Below, piece by piece: positions 32,123-41,300 of a DNA stretch of 43,741 nt. The notes below the pieces were generated by a model. The model was not told the origin of the DNA. It saw only the letters and a list, made by a program, of their open reading frames with translations, and ran no database searches. How positions within the stretch are numbered: the first letter of the stretch is position 1; the number at the start of each line of letters is the position of its first letter. Origin of the DNA: Actinomycetota bacterium (GTDB lineage: Bacteria > Actinomycetota > Thermoleophilia > Gaiellales > Gaiellaceae); the NCBI GenBank assembly GCA_046724905.1, contig JBKOXJ010000129.1, positions 1 to 43,741 on the forward strand. The letters are read 5' to 3'. The position numbers and the translations under genes were made by a program.

Positions 32123-32893
32123 TCACGGCGTCGGGCCGCGCGCTTCGGGATCGTGGCCGAGGACGGCCCTGCCGCCGTCGACTGGGACGATCGCGCCGTT
32201 GACGAAGCTCGCGTCCGGAGAAAGGAGGTGAGCGACGACGGCCGCGACCTCCTCGGCTGTTCCGACGCGGCCAAGCGGATGAAGGCGTCGCATCTCCCGC
32301 TCGACGTCCTCTCGCTCTGCGAGCAGCGTCTGGTAACGGTCGGTGGCGATCGATCCCAGAGCGACCGCGTTCGTGCGGATACCGCGTGGTCCGTAGTCGA
32401 CGGCGAGCGCGCGCGTCAGGCCCTCGATCGCCGCCTTGGCCGTCGCGTAGGGGAGTGCGCCGGGTACCGGGCGTTGGGCCTGGTGGGAGGAGACGTTGAC
32501 GATCGCGCCTGGCCTACCACTGGCCAGGAAGCGGCGGAGCGCCGTTGCACAGCCGGTCACCGCGAGGCCGAGATTCACGGTTATGAGCTCGAGCACCTCA
32601 CGGGCTGGGACGGAGTGAAGAGACGCGTCCCGGAAAAGCGCCGCGTTGTTGACCCAGCCGGCGAGTCGACCATCGGCCTCCGCCGCTTCGGCGGCCCGCG
32701 CGGCGACTTCCTCGTCACCGGCGTCGCCGGCTACGGCAGTCAGCCGTGGATGCTCGCGAATCCAATCGAGGACATCGGCGTCGAGGTCGACCACGACCAC
32801 GTGCCCGTCGGCTGCAAGGCGCTCGGCGATCGCGCGACCGATCCCGCGCCCTGCGCCCGTGACGACGTACGAGTCCATCTTCGCGACTGCCAT
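32123..32893 (-). CDS. SDR-family oxidoreductase
   Basis: TGAGRGIG cofactor motif, NNAA, and catalytic YATAK. The start could be the second ATG at 32878. Confidence 0.85.
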   Translation of the reverse strand: MAVAKMDSYVVTGAGRGIGRAIAERLAADGHVVVVDLDADVLDWIREHPRLTAVAGDAGDEEVAARAAEAAEADGRLAGWVNNAALFRDASLHSVPAREVLELITVNLGLAVTGCATALRRFLASGRPGAIVNVSSHQAQRPVPGALPYATAKAAIEGLTRALAVDYGPRGIRTNAVALGSIATDRYQTLLAEREDVEREMRRLHPLGRVGTAEEVAAVVAHLLSPDASFVNGAIVPVDGGRAVLGHDPEARGPTP

Positions 32894-32919
32894 TGTGACT
32901 CGGGCTCGAGTGGCAACCG

Positions 32920-34104
32920 TCAGTCCGGCAGCAGCGGGACCGTCAGGCCCTGGTCCCGGCCGAGCAGCACGGCACGGATCACCGCGTTCGGGCCGAAGCG
33001 CTCGCGGATCTCGTCCAGCGCGGCGTCGAGCGCGACGCCGTCGTTCCCGTCGAGCGGCAGCACGAGCTGGACGGCTCCGTCGTCGTCGAGGTTCGCGACC
33101 GAGATCCCGACGAGCGTGATGCCGTCGCGCTCGATCGTCGGCATCGCCGTAGCGAGCAGCTGCCGCATCGTTTCGAGGATCGTGGCGGTGTTCGCGGTCG
33201 CACGCAGGAGGGTGTGCGAGCGGGTCGCGCGCGAGAAGTCGTCGAAGCGCAGCCGGAGGACGACCGTGCGGCCGACGCGGCCCGCGGCCCGCATCCTGCG
33301 GGTGACCCGCTCGACGAGGCCGATCGCGACGGCGTCGATCGCGTCCGGTGACTTCGGCGACCGGCCGAGCGCGCGCTGCGACCCGATCGACCGCCGCCGC
33401 CGCCGCGGGTTGACCGGGCGCGGATCGCGGTTGTGGGCGAGGGCATGCAGCTGTCGCCCCTGAGCTCGGCCGAGCATGGCCACGAGCGCGTCCTCCGAGA
33501 GGCGCGCCACCTGACCGACCGTGCCGAGCCCGCGGCTGCGGAGCTTCGCCGCCGTCACGGCGCCGACCCCCCAGAGAGCTTCGACGGGAAGCGGATGGAG
33601 GAACTCGAGCTCGCGGTCGGGCGGAACGAACAGCAGCCCGTCCGGCTTCGCGACGCCGCTCGCGACCTTGGCGAGGAACTTCGTCCTGGCGATCCCGACG
33701 GTGATCGGCAGGCCGACGCGCTCGCGCACCGCGAGCCGCAGTCGCCTCGCGATCTCGACCGGCGAGCCCGCGAGCCGCCGCATGCCACGCACGTCGAGGA
33801 ATGCTTCATCGATCGAGAGGCCCTCGACCAGCGGCGTCGTGCCTTCGAAGACGCTATAGGCGGCCTTGCTCGCCTCTGAGTACGCCGACATCCGCGGCGG
33901 TACGACGACAGCGGCCGGGCAGAGGCGCCGCGCGCGGCCCAGGGGCATCGGGGTACGGACGCCGAAAGCCTTCGCTTCGTAGCTGGCCGCGAGGACGACG
34001 CCCGCGCCGACAATCACCGGCCGGCCGCGAAGGCGCGAATCGTCGCGCTGCTCGACCGAGGCGTAGAACGAGTCCAGGTCGGCGTGCAGGATCGTCGGCT
34101 GCAT
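32920..34104 (-). CDS. dinB: DNA polymerase IV (Y-family)
   Basis: MQPTILHADLDSFYASVEQRDD..SIDEAFLDV.. are Y-family hallmarks. I prefer the ATG at 34104 over the GTG at 34122, because the six extra codons coincide exactly with a perfect LexA box. Confidence 0.9.
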   Translation of the reverse strand: MQPTILHADLDSFYASVEQRDDSRLRGRPVIVGAGVVLAASYEAKAFGVRTPMPLGRARRLCPAAVVVPPRMSAYSEASKAAYSVFEGTTPLVEGLSIDEAFLDVRGMRRLAGSPVEIARRLRLAVRERVGLPITVGIARTKFLAKVASGVAKPDGLLFVPPDRELEFLHPLPVEALWGVGAVTAAKLRSRGLGTVGQVARLSEDALVAMLGRAQGRQLHALAHNRDPRPVNPRRRRRSIGSQRALGRSPKSPDAIDAVAIGLVERVTRRMRAAGRVGRTVVLRLRFDDFSRATRSHTLLRATANTATILETMRQLLATAMPTIERDGITLVGISVANLDDDGAVQLVLPLDGNDGVALDAALDEIRERFGPNAVIRAVLLGRDQGLTVPLLPD

Positions 34105-34121
34105 GCGAACATATGTTCGCA
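34104..34121. promoter_or_regulatory. LexA SOS box (Cheo-box type) at the dinB start
   Basis: Perfect 18-bp palindrome TGCGAACATATGTTCGCA. It contains CGAAC-N4-GTTCG, the Gram-positive/actinobacterial LexA consensus core, and abuts the dinB ATG. Confidence 0.8.
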
Positions 34122-34146
34122 CACGGTGGACGCCGGGCGGGAGCGG

Positions 34147-35487
34147 CTAGTGGCCGTTCCGGTGCTCGGCAATGAAGTCGCGGTACCAGCGGTAGCTCGA
34201 CTTCGGCACGCGCTGGAGCGTCGGATAGTCGACGTAGACGATGCCGAACCGCTTCGAGTACCCGTGCGCCCACTCGAAGTTGTCGAGCAGCGACCAGACG
34301 AAGTAGCCCGCCACCGGCACACCGACTTCGATTGCCCGGCCGATCGCATCCAGGTGCACCTCGATGTAGGCCCGCCGCTCGGGATCGTTCACCTCTCCGC
34401 GATGCGTCCAGTGGTCGCCGAAGGCGGCGCCGTTCTCCGTGATGTAGATCGGCGGTGGGTCGTAGTCGTCGCGCACGCGAACGAGCAGGTCGAAGAGCCC
34501 GTCCGGGTAGATCTCCCAGTCCATCTCGGTGTACGACGAGTCCGGGTCGCGCACGACGAGCGGACGCCCGCCCTCGGGGTTCGCCCGTAGCACCTGACGC
34601 GAGTAGTAGTTGACGCCGAGGAAGTCGAGCGGCGCCGCAATCGCCTCGAGGTCGCCGTCCTGGACCGCAGGCCTCGACGGCGCGAAGTACGCGAGCATGT
34701 CGGCCGGATAGCTCGCGCGGAAGAGCGGATCGAGGAACCAGCGGTTGAAGAACCCGTCCGCGTTTTCGGCGGCCAGGCGGTCCGCCTCGCTCTCGCTCGC
34801 CGGGTACGCCGGGTTGAGCACGAGCGTGATGCCGACCTTTGCGCTGGGAACGGCTCGACGGATGGCCTCCGCAGCCCAACCGTGCGAGAGGAGCAGATGG
34901 TGCGCCGCCGCGAGCGCGTCGTCCCTGCTCGCCCGTCCGGGGGCGTGCTCGCCGGAGCCGTAGCCGAGCCATGCCGCGACCCACGGCTCGTTGTGCGTCG
35001 TCCAGTGGGCGACGCGGTCGCCGAGCCGTTCCGCGACGACCTCCGCGTACGTGACGAACGCCTCGGCCGTCGAGCGAGCCGTCCACCCGCCTTCGTCCTC
35101 CAGCGTCTGGGGGAGGTCCCAGTGGTAGAGGGTCGGGAACGGCCGCACGCCCTGTGCCAGGAGCTCGTCGATCAGCCGGTCGTAGAAGTCGAGACCGCTC
35201 TGGTTCACCCGGCCTCGCCCCTCGGGCAAGATGCGGGGCCAGGCGATCGACATGCGGAACATGTCGAGCCCGAGCTCGCCCATCAGCCGAATGTCGTCGG
35301 GATACCGGTGGTAGAAGTCGCACGCGACCGCGCCGCTCTCGCCGTTGCGCACTTTCCCGGGCGTTGCGCAGAACCGGTCCCAGATGCTCTCGCCGCGGCC
35401 GTCCTCGTCGACTGCACCTTCGATCTGGTACGCCGCCGTCGCGGCGCCCCACACGAAGTCGGCGGGGAACGCAGTCGTCTCGGTCAT
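34147..35487 (-). CDS. GH1 beta-glucosidase
   Basis: 446 aa. Acid/base TTHNEPW and nucleophile YITENGAAF motifs. N-terminal FVWGAATAAYQIEGA. Confidence 0.9.
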   Translation of the reverse strand: MTETTAFPADFVWGAATAAYQIEGAVDEDGRGESIWDRFCATPGKVRNGESGAVACDFYHRYPDDIRLMGELGLDMFRMSIAWPRILPEGRGRVNQSGLDFYDRLIDELLAQGVRPFPTLYHWDLPQTLEDEGGWTARSTAEAFVTYAEVVAERLGDRVAHWTTHNEPWVAAWLGYGSGEHAPGRASRDDALAAAHHLLLSHGWAAEAIRRAVPSAKVGITLVLNPAYPASESEADRLAAENADGFFNRWFLDPLFRASYPADMLAYFAPSRPAVQDGDLEAIAAPLDFLGVNYYSRQVLRANPEGGRPLVVRDPDSSYTEMDWEIYPDGLFDLLVRVRDDYDPPPIYITENGAAFGDHWTHRGEVNDPERRAYIEVHLDAIGRAIEVGVPVAGYFVWSLLDNFEWAHGYSKRFGIVYVDYPTLQRVPKSSYRWYRDFIAEHRNGH

Positions 35488-36404
35488 GGTTCCTGCCTCC
35501 TGACGAAGTGGTGGGGGCGCTCCTCAACGAGCACCGTCCCCGCGCCGAGATCGCCGACGTCGCGGCCGGCGCGGGCGGCGAGCGGCTCGTGTGCAGTGCC
35601 CGGCTCTGCGTGCGGGACGGCTGAGAGCAGCAGCCTCGTGTAGGCGTGGAGGGGTTCGAGCAGCACCGAGTCGGTCGGGCCCTGCTCGACGATCTGGCCG
35701 GCGTACATCACGAGCACCTCGTCGGCGACGTAGCGGGCGCTCGCGATGTCGTGCGTGATGTAGAGGAAGGCGATGTCGCGGCGCGCTTTGAGGTCGAGCA
35801 TCAGATTGAGGATCCCGATGCGAATCGAGACGTCGAGCATCGAAATCGGCTCGTCCGCGAGGATCACGGCGGGCTCGACCGCGAGTGCCCGGGCGATCGC
35901 GACACGCTGGCGCTGCCCGCCCGAGAGCTCGTGTGGGTACTTCGGCGCGTACTTCTGCGGAGGGGAGAGGCCGACGGTGTGCAAGAGGTCGTGGACGCGC
36001 TGGACGACCTCGCTTCGGGGTACGACGTGGTGAATGCGCAGCGGCCGCTCGATGTGGTGCCGGACCGACCGCACCGGATTGAGCGACCCGAACGGATCCT
36101 GGAAGATCATCTGCACCTGCGCGCGATGGCGCCGCACGTCGCGCCGGCGCGAGATCTTCGTGACGTCGTCGCCTTCGAGCAGGATCGTGCCCGCGGTCGG
36201 ATCGAAGAGGCTGACGAGGAGGCGGGCGACCGTGCTCTTGCCGCTTCCGCTCTCCCCGACGAGCGCGGTAATGGTGCCGCGGCGAAGTGCGAAGCTGACG
36301 TCTTCGACGGCCTGGAGCTTCTGCTTCCGGCGAAGCGCGCCGCCGTCGGCCGCCGCGAAGTGCTTCGTCAGCCCGCGGACTTCCAGGATCGGGGCCGCGC
36401 TCAC
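35484..36404 (-). CDS. Opp/Dpp-type ABC transporter ATP-binding protein (OppF/DppF-like)
   Basis: Walker A GESGSGKST, signature LSGGQRQR, Walker B ILADEP. 4-nt overlaps on both sides. Confidence 0.9.
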   Translation of the reverse strand: MSAAPILEVRGLTKHFAAADGGALRRKQKLQAVEDVSFALRRGTITALVGESGSGKSTVARLLVSLFDPTAGTILLEGDDVTKISRRRDVRRHRAQVQMIFQDPFGSLNPVRSVRHHIERPLRIHHVVPRSEVVQRVHDLLHTVGLSPPQKYAPKYPHELSGGQRQRVAIARALAVEPAVILADEPISMLDVSIRIGILNLMLDLKARRDIAFLYITHDIASARYVADEVLVMYAGQIVEQGPTDSVLLEPLHAYTRLLLSAVPHAEPGTAHEPLAARAGRDVGDLGAGTVLVEERPHHFVRRQEP

Positions 36405-37438
36405 GTTGCCGGCTCCACGAGATGGCAGGCGACGTCATGACCGGCGGCGACGGCTTTAAGGCGAGGACGCTCGGTGGTCTGCCGCGCGTAGAGGGCGGCA
36501 TCCTCGACCCGGCAGTGCGGACAACGCGGATGGAAGCGGCAGCCGCTCGGCGGGTCGGCCAGATCGGGCGGACTGCCGGGGATTCCGGAGAGCCTCAGAA
36601 TCGGCCCGTCGAGCGGAGGGAACGAGTTGAGCAGCCCGACGGAGTAGGGGTGGAGGGGATTGGCAGCGAGCTCCGGCGACTCGGCCAGCTCGACGATCTC
36701 GCCCGCGTACATGATCGCGACCCTGTGCGCGAACTCGAGCAGCAGCGACAGGTCGTGCGTGATGAACAGGACGGCGAAGCCGAGCCGGCGCTGGAGCTGC
36801 TGGAGCTCCTGCAGGATCTCGCGCTGAACCACGACGTCGAGCGCCGTCGTGGGTTCGTCCATGATCACGAGCTCCGGCTCGAGCGCTAGCGCCATCGCAA
36901 TGACGACCCGCTGACGCATGCCGCCGGAGAGCTCGTGTGGGTATGCCCGCACGCGGCCGCGGTCGATGCCGACCAGGGCGAGCAGGTCGGCCGCCCGCCG
37001 CAGGGCGTCCCGTCGGTTGACGCGTTCGTGCGCCTGCATCATGTCGACGAACTGGTCGCCGACGCGCATGACCGGATTGAGCGCGCTCATAGCGCTCTGG
37101 AAGACCATCGAGACGTTGCGCCAGCGGTAGCGACGCATGTGGTTCCTGCTCAGCCGGGCCAGATCGACGCCGCGGAACAAGATGCGGCCGCCGGTCACCT
37201 CCGCCGGCGGAGGCAGGATGCGCAGAATGGCATTCGCCGCCGTCGTCTTGCCGCATCCGGACTCGCCGGCAAGACCGACGATCTCGCCCGCCCGAATCGT
37301 AAGGTTGACGTGGTCGACCGCCCGGAGCGGCCGGTCGGGCTCGAGGTAGTCGACGACGAGATCGTCGAGCTCGAGCAAGACCTCGCGCTCGACGTCGGGC
37401 GCGATCGGGAGCGGGGCGTCCTGCACGAGGCCGCTCAC
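36401..37438 (-). CDS. Opp/Dpp-type ABC transporter ATP-binding protein (OppD/DppD-like)
   Basis: The GTG at 37438 (GTGA overlap with the permease stop) gives VSGLVQDAPLPIAP... . Walker A GESGCGKTT, LSGGMRQR, and a C-terminal Cys-rich oligopeptide-ATPase tail (CRFHPRCPHC). The longer 625-aa ORF upstream is out-of-frame read-through of the permease gene. Confidence 0.85.
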   Translation of the reverse strand: MSGLVQDAPLPIAPDVEREVLLELDDLVVDYLEPDRPLRAVDHVNLTIRAGEIVGLAGESGCGKTTAANAILRILPPPAEVTGGRILFRGVDLARLSRNHMRRYRWRNVSMVFQSAMSALNPVMRVGDQFVDMMQAHERVNRRDALRRAADLLALVGIDRGRVRAYPHELSGGMRQRVVIAMALALEPELVIMDEPTTALDVVVQREILQELQQLQRRLGFAVLFITHDLSLLLEFAHRVAIMYAGEIVELAESPELAANPLHPYSVGLLNSFPPLDGPILRLSGIPGSPPDLADPPSGCRFHPRCPHCRVEDAALYARQTTERPRLKAVAAGHDVACHLVEPAT

Positions 37439-38343
37439 CGCGCAGCCTTCCGCCGCCGCAGGCGCGGGTTCGCCAGCTCGTCGACGCCGAAGTTGATGAA
37501 CACGAGCGCCGCGACCGCGAGTGCGAGCGTCACGCCCGGGAAGACGAAGTGCCACCACGCTCCCTGGAGCACCGCGGAGTTGTTCTGCGCCCAGTAGAGC
37601 GTCGTTCCCCAGGTGACCTTGTTGACGTCGCCGAAGCCGAGGAACTCGAGACCGGCGGCGAAGATGATCGAGAGGTAGAAGACGAGCAGGAAGCCGGCGG
37701 CGATCCGGCTGACCATGTTCGGCATGATCTCGCCGAAGACGATCCGCCACGTCCCTTCGCCGGCGACCTTCGACGCGTCGACGAAGTCGCGATTTCTGAT
37801 CGTGAGCGCCTGGCTGCGGAGAACGCGCGCCTCGACGGCCCACGTCGTCAGGCCGAGGATCAGCACCATGACCGCCGGCCCGCGCGAAGGCAGGAACGAG
37901 TAGACGACGATCAGCAGCGGCAGCGCCGGGATGACGAGGAAGATGTTCGTCAGCAGGTTGATCGAGTCGTCGATCCAGCCGCCGGCGTAGGCCGCGAGCA
38001 TCCCCAGCGTTGCCGCGATCAACGTCGAGATCAGCGCCGCGGCCGCGCCGACTGCGAGCGACGTCCGGGCACCCCACACCACCTGCGCGAAGACGTCGTA
38101 GCCCTGGTCGGTCGTGCCGAACCAGAACTCGCTGTTCGGAGGCTGGCCCGGCAACCCGACGATCTCGTCGGGCGGATGCTGCGCGAGCACCGGCGCGAGC
38201 ACCGCAGCGAGGACCATGCTGCTGAAGACGACGATACCGAAGCACGACTTGGGATTCGTGAGCAGTAGGCGCGCCCACTCCGGCGCTCGGAGCCGCCGGC
38301 GCGGCGCAGCGGGGAGGGGCATCGCGAGCGGATCGACGGCCAC
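37435..38343 (-). CDS. Opp/Dpp-type ABC transporter permease (DppC-like)
   Basis: ..FGTTDQGYDVFAQVVWGARTSL.. and an EAA-like loop (..ALTIRNRDFVDASKVAGEG..). The start is GTG 38343 (2 nt after the upstream stop) or ATG 38322. Confidence 0.8.
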   Translation of the reverse strand: MAVDPLAMPLPAAPRRRLRAPEWARLLLTNPKSCFGIVVFSSMVLAAVLAPVLAQHPPDEIVGLPGQPPNSEFWFGTTDQGYDVFAQVVWGARTSLAVGAAAALISTLIAATLGMLAAYAGGWIDDSINLLTNIFLVIPALPLLIVVYSFLPSRGPAVMVLILGLTTWAVEARVLRSQALTIRNRDFVDASKVAGEGTWRIVFGEIMPNMVSRIAAGFLLVFYLSIIFAAGLEFLGFGDVNKVTWGTTLYWAQNNSAVLQGAWWHFVFPGVTLALAVAALVFINFGVDELANPRLRRRKAAR

Positions 38344-38345
38344 GA

Positions 38346-39332
38346 TCAGCTCGCGCGCACGCGCGGGTCGAGAACGACGTAGAGCAGGTCCATGATCAGG
38401 TTGGCGACGAGGACGCACACGGCGAAGACGAGCAAGAGCGCCTGTGCGAGCGGGTAGTCGGAGCCCAGCGCGGCCTGCTGCAGCGTGAGGCCGGCGCCCG
38501 GGTAGCTGAAGACGAACTCGATGAAGACGAGGCCGCCGACCGCGGCGCCGAACTGGGACGCGAACCCGGTCAGCGGCGGGAGGATCGCGTTTCGCCCCGC
38601 GTACATCGCCATCACGCGGCGGTCGTGGAGGCCCTTCGCGTGGGCCACCGAGACGTAGTCCTCCTCGACCGTGTTGATCATCACGTTGCGCATGCTGAGC
38701 AGCCAGCCGCCCGTGAACACGGCCACGATCACGAGCATCGGGAGCTGCGCGTGCCGGATGACGCTCCGGAGGAACTCCCAGGTGAACCCGGGCTCGATGT
38801 CGGTGTCGTAGGCGTGCTGGATCGGAAACCAGCCCCACTTCAGGCCGAGGAAGTAGACGGCGATCAGCGAGGTGAAGAACGCGGGAAACGCCCCTAGGGC
38901 CGTGAGGAGCGGCGTGAAGACGCTGTCGACCGTCCCGCCGCGGCGCCAGGCGGCAACGGTGCCGAGCAGCGTCCCGAGCGTGAACGCGACGATGAACGAG
39001 ACGCCGACGAGGAAGATCGAGTACGGCAGCGTGCGGCCGATCACCTCGGTCACCGGGCTGGGGAAGTTCGAGGTGGAGATGCCGAGGTCGCCGCGCGCGA
39101 GCTGGCCCAGGTACGTGAAGTACCCCTGGAGGAGCGGCTCCTTGTCGAAGCCGAGTGCGTCGCGCAGGTTATCGACGGCGTGGGGGTTGGCCGAGAGTTG
39201 CGCCGGCGAGAGCCGGGCGAGGAGCCCGTCGATCGGCTCGCCGGGCATGAGCCTCGGCAGGAGGTAGTTCAGCGTCACCGCTCCCCAGAGGGCGATCGCG
39301 TAGAAGCCGAGGCGACGAAGGAGGAAGCGCAC
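38346..39332 (-). CDS. Opp/Dpp-type ABC transporter permease (DppB-like)
   Basis: 328 aa. MRFLLRRLGFYAIALWGAVTLNYLLPRLMPG.. is the classic N-terminus of this family. 6 TM. Confidence 0.9.
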   Translation of the reverse strand: MRFLLRRLGFYAIALWGAVTLNYLLPRLMPGEPIDGLLARLSPAQLSANPHAVDNLRDALGFDKEPLLQGYFTYLGQLARGDLGISTSNFPSPVTEVIGRTLPYSIFLVGVSFIVAFTLGTLLGTVAAWRRGGTVDSVFTPLLTALGAFPAFFTSLIAVYFLGLKWGWFPIQHAYDTDIEPGFTWEFLRSVIRHAQLPMLVIVAVFTGGWLLSMRNVMINTVEEDYVSVAHAKGLHDRRVMAMYAGRNAILPPLTGFASQFGAAVGGLVFIEFVFSYPGAGLTLQQAALGSDYPLAQALLLVFAVCVLVANLIMDLLYVVLDPRVRAS

Positions 39333-39353
39333 GCGCGTACCCGAGTATCAACC

Positions 39354-39383
39354 GGTGGGCGCCCAGTGGCCAGGGCGCCCACC
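39354..39383 (-). terminator. strong intercistronic stem-loop after the binding-protein gene
   Basis: GGTGGGCGCCC (39354-39364) / GGGCGCCCACC (39373-39383), a perfect 11-bp stem with an 8-nt loop, lies between the binding-protein stop (39394) and the first permease start (39332). Confidence 0.55.
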
Positions 39384-39393
39384 AGCACCGGGT

Positions 39394-41145
39394 TCACCGG
39401 ATCTTGGTCCTCATCGCCTTGCCGCCCTTACAGATCGTGGTCAGCAGCACGGCGTTCTCCGGGTACGTGTTGAAGATCGGCCGCACGTAGTGGTTCGTGG
39501 GCGTCGGGAAGCAGTGGAAGTATTTCGTGCTGTACGTCGACCACTGCGGCCCGATGAAGAGCGGGATCACCGGGAGCTTGTCCAGCCACAGCTTCTGCAG
39601 CTGCGTGGCGATCCGCTTCTGGCCGCTGACCCCGAGGGTCGCCTTCCAGCGGTCGAGAAGCCGCGTGGCCCGCGCATCCTGGAAGTGCGCGAAGTTGCCC
39701 GTGTTGACGGCGTCCTCACCGGACGGGACGTACGTGTTCTTGTGCATGTTGTTGAAGAAGAAGCCGAACGGTGAGCCGGTCGCGGCGGTCTGCCACAGCA
39801 GCGTCACGAAGCGCGTGCTGGTCGCGTTCGGGAACCACTCGCCCCATCCCGGCTCGAGCTTCACGCGTGCGTCGATGCCGATGTCCTGGAGGTTCTTCGT
39901 GATGATCTGGAGCGAGGCGACCCAGTCCGACCACCCCGAGATGACGTGGATCGTGAAGCTGACACGGTTCCCCCTCGGGTCGACGAGCCGGCTGCCGTCG
40001 TACTTGAACCCGTTCGAGGTCAGCATCCGCTTCGCGGCCGCGGTGTTGTAGGCGGCGAGCCGCTTCGCGTTGGCCTTGACCTTGGCATTGGTCACCCACG
40101 TCGGGAACAGCTGCGAGATGCCGATCGCGTCGGTGGGCGGCGCGTAGCCGTACTCGCCGAGCCTCGACACCTTCTTGCGGTCGATCGCCATGCTGACGGC
40201 CTTGCGGAACGGGATCAGGCGGTACGGATACTTCCCGGTGTCGAACATCAACGAGATCGGGTACGCCGTCACGTCATAGAAGGCGTGGTAGTAGAGCCGG
40301 TTCTTCGCGATGTACGCCTTCTCGACGTTCGGGACGAAGTTGTGCGTCCAGTCGGCCTTGCCGCTCACGATCTGCAGCAGCGCGGCGTCGTTCGACGTCG
40401 CCTGGATGTACTCGAGGCACTGGAACTTCGGCTTGCCCCGCTGCCAGTAGCGCGGGTTGCGCTCGAGGACGTAGTCCTGCGCGTTGAACCGCGAGACGCG
40501 GACGAACGGGCCTGAGCCGACTGGGCTCTGGTTCGTCCACTTGTTGATGTCACGGACCTTCTGGAGAACGTGCTTTGGCACGACGAAGACGCCGTTCAGG
40601 TTCACGGCGACGAACTGCGAGTCCTTGCTCTTGAGCCTGATGACGACGCCGTACCGTCCCTGCTGGCGCACCCCGGCGATGTTCGAGCCTTCGCGGAACA
40701 TGCCGATGATGTCCATCGTCTTGTCCTGCCTGCCGGCAGTCAGGCTGTAGACGACGTCGGCGGCGGTGAGCGGCTTGCCGTCCGACCAGCGGACGTTCTT
40801 CCGGATGGCGAGCGTGAGCGTCCTGCCGTTCTTGCTCCACTTGTAGCTCTGCGCGAGCCACTTGTACTCGCGGCCGCCGCCCGCGGGCGTCGTGATCACG
40901 AGCGGCTCGTACATGCCGCCGCGGACGAAGCTGCTCGACGGGAGCCCTTGCACGTAGGGGTTGAAGTTGCGCACGAACGCCGGATCGCCGGAGCCCGTTG
41001 CGACGAGGCAGCGATGCCCTTTCGCAAACGGGGTTGCGATCCCATCCGTCCGCGCAGCCGAGTTGCCGGCGAAGATGCCTACGAGCGCCGCCCCCGCGAC
41101 GATGCTCGCCAGTGCCGGCGCCCGAAGGCGTGCTGGACTGAGCAT
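39394..41145 (-). CDS. ABC transporter substrate-binding protein, family 5 (peptide/oligosaccharide type)
   Basis: 583 aa with a signal sequence. Family-5 architecture (..WSDGKPLTAADVVYS.., ..GSGPFV..). Confidence 0.9.
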   Translation of the reverse strand: MLSPARLRAPALASIVAGAALVGIFAGNSAARTDGIATPFAKGHRCLVATGSGDPAFVRNFNPYVQGLPSSSFVRGGMYEPLVITTPAGGGREYKWLAQSYKWSKNGRTLTLAIRKNVRWSDGKPLTAADVVYSLTAGRQDKTMDIIGMFREGSNIAGVRQQGRYGVVIRLKSKDSQFVAVNLNGVFVVPKHVLQKVRDINKWTNQSPVGSGPFVRVSRFNAQDYVLERNPRYWQRGKPKFQCLEYIQATSNDAALLQIVSGKADWTHNFVPNVEKAYIAKNRLYYHAFYDVTAYPISLMFDTGKYPYRLIPFRKAVSMAIDRKKVSRLGEYGYAPPTDAIGISQLFPTWVTNAKVKANAKRLAAYNTAAAKRMLTSNGFKYDGSRLVDPRGNRVSFTIHVISGWSDWVASLQIITKNLQDIGIDARVKLEPGWGEWFPNATSTRFVTLLWQTAATGSPFGFFFNNMHKNTYVPSGEDAVNTGNFAHFQDARATRLLDRWKATLGVSGQKRIATQLQKLWLDKLPVIPLFIGPQWSTYSTKYFHCFPTPTNHYVRPIFNTYPENAVLLTTICKGGKAMRTKIR

Positions 41146-41204
41146 TTCCCATTCCTTTCTTCCGCCGTCGCGAGGCGCGCGAGCGGAGCATTACGGGTTG
41201 CTCT

Positions 41205-41297
41205 GAAAGTTTCCCGGTAACGCTACACCAGCAGTTTCCAGAAAGTCAAGCTGTTTGCCGTATTGACGCCGCGCTGGTTCAGTGCATATGCTGCACT
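41205..41297. promoter_or_regulatory. divergent control region: repeated hexamers plus a promoter-overlapping inverted repeat
   Basis: GAAAGTTTCC (41205-41214) and GTTTCC-A-GAAAGT (41234-41246) share the same two hexamers. TTGACG (41263-41268) and TATGCT (41287-41292) form a plausible -35/-10 pair. Inverted repeat AGTGCA-TATGC-TGCACT (41281-41297) overlaps the -10 and ends 3 nt before the LacI GTG. Confidence 0.4.
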
Positions 41298-41300
41298 CAG

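Noticed and set aside
36401-38278. A 625-aa ORF that could be read as a permease-ATPase fusion protein.
   Set aside because: Only the C-terminal 345 aa (from GTG 37438) are ABC ATPase. The upstream part is an out-of-frame reading of the DppC-like permease gene, whose true frame ends at 37435 with a GTGA junction.
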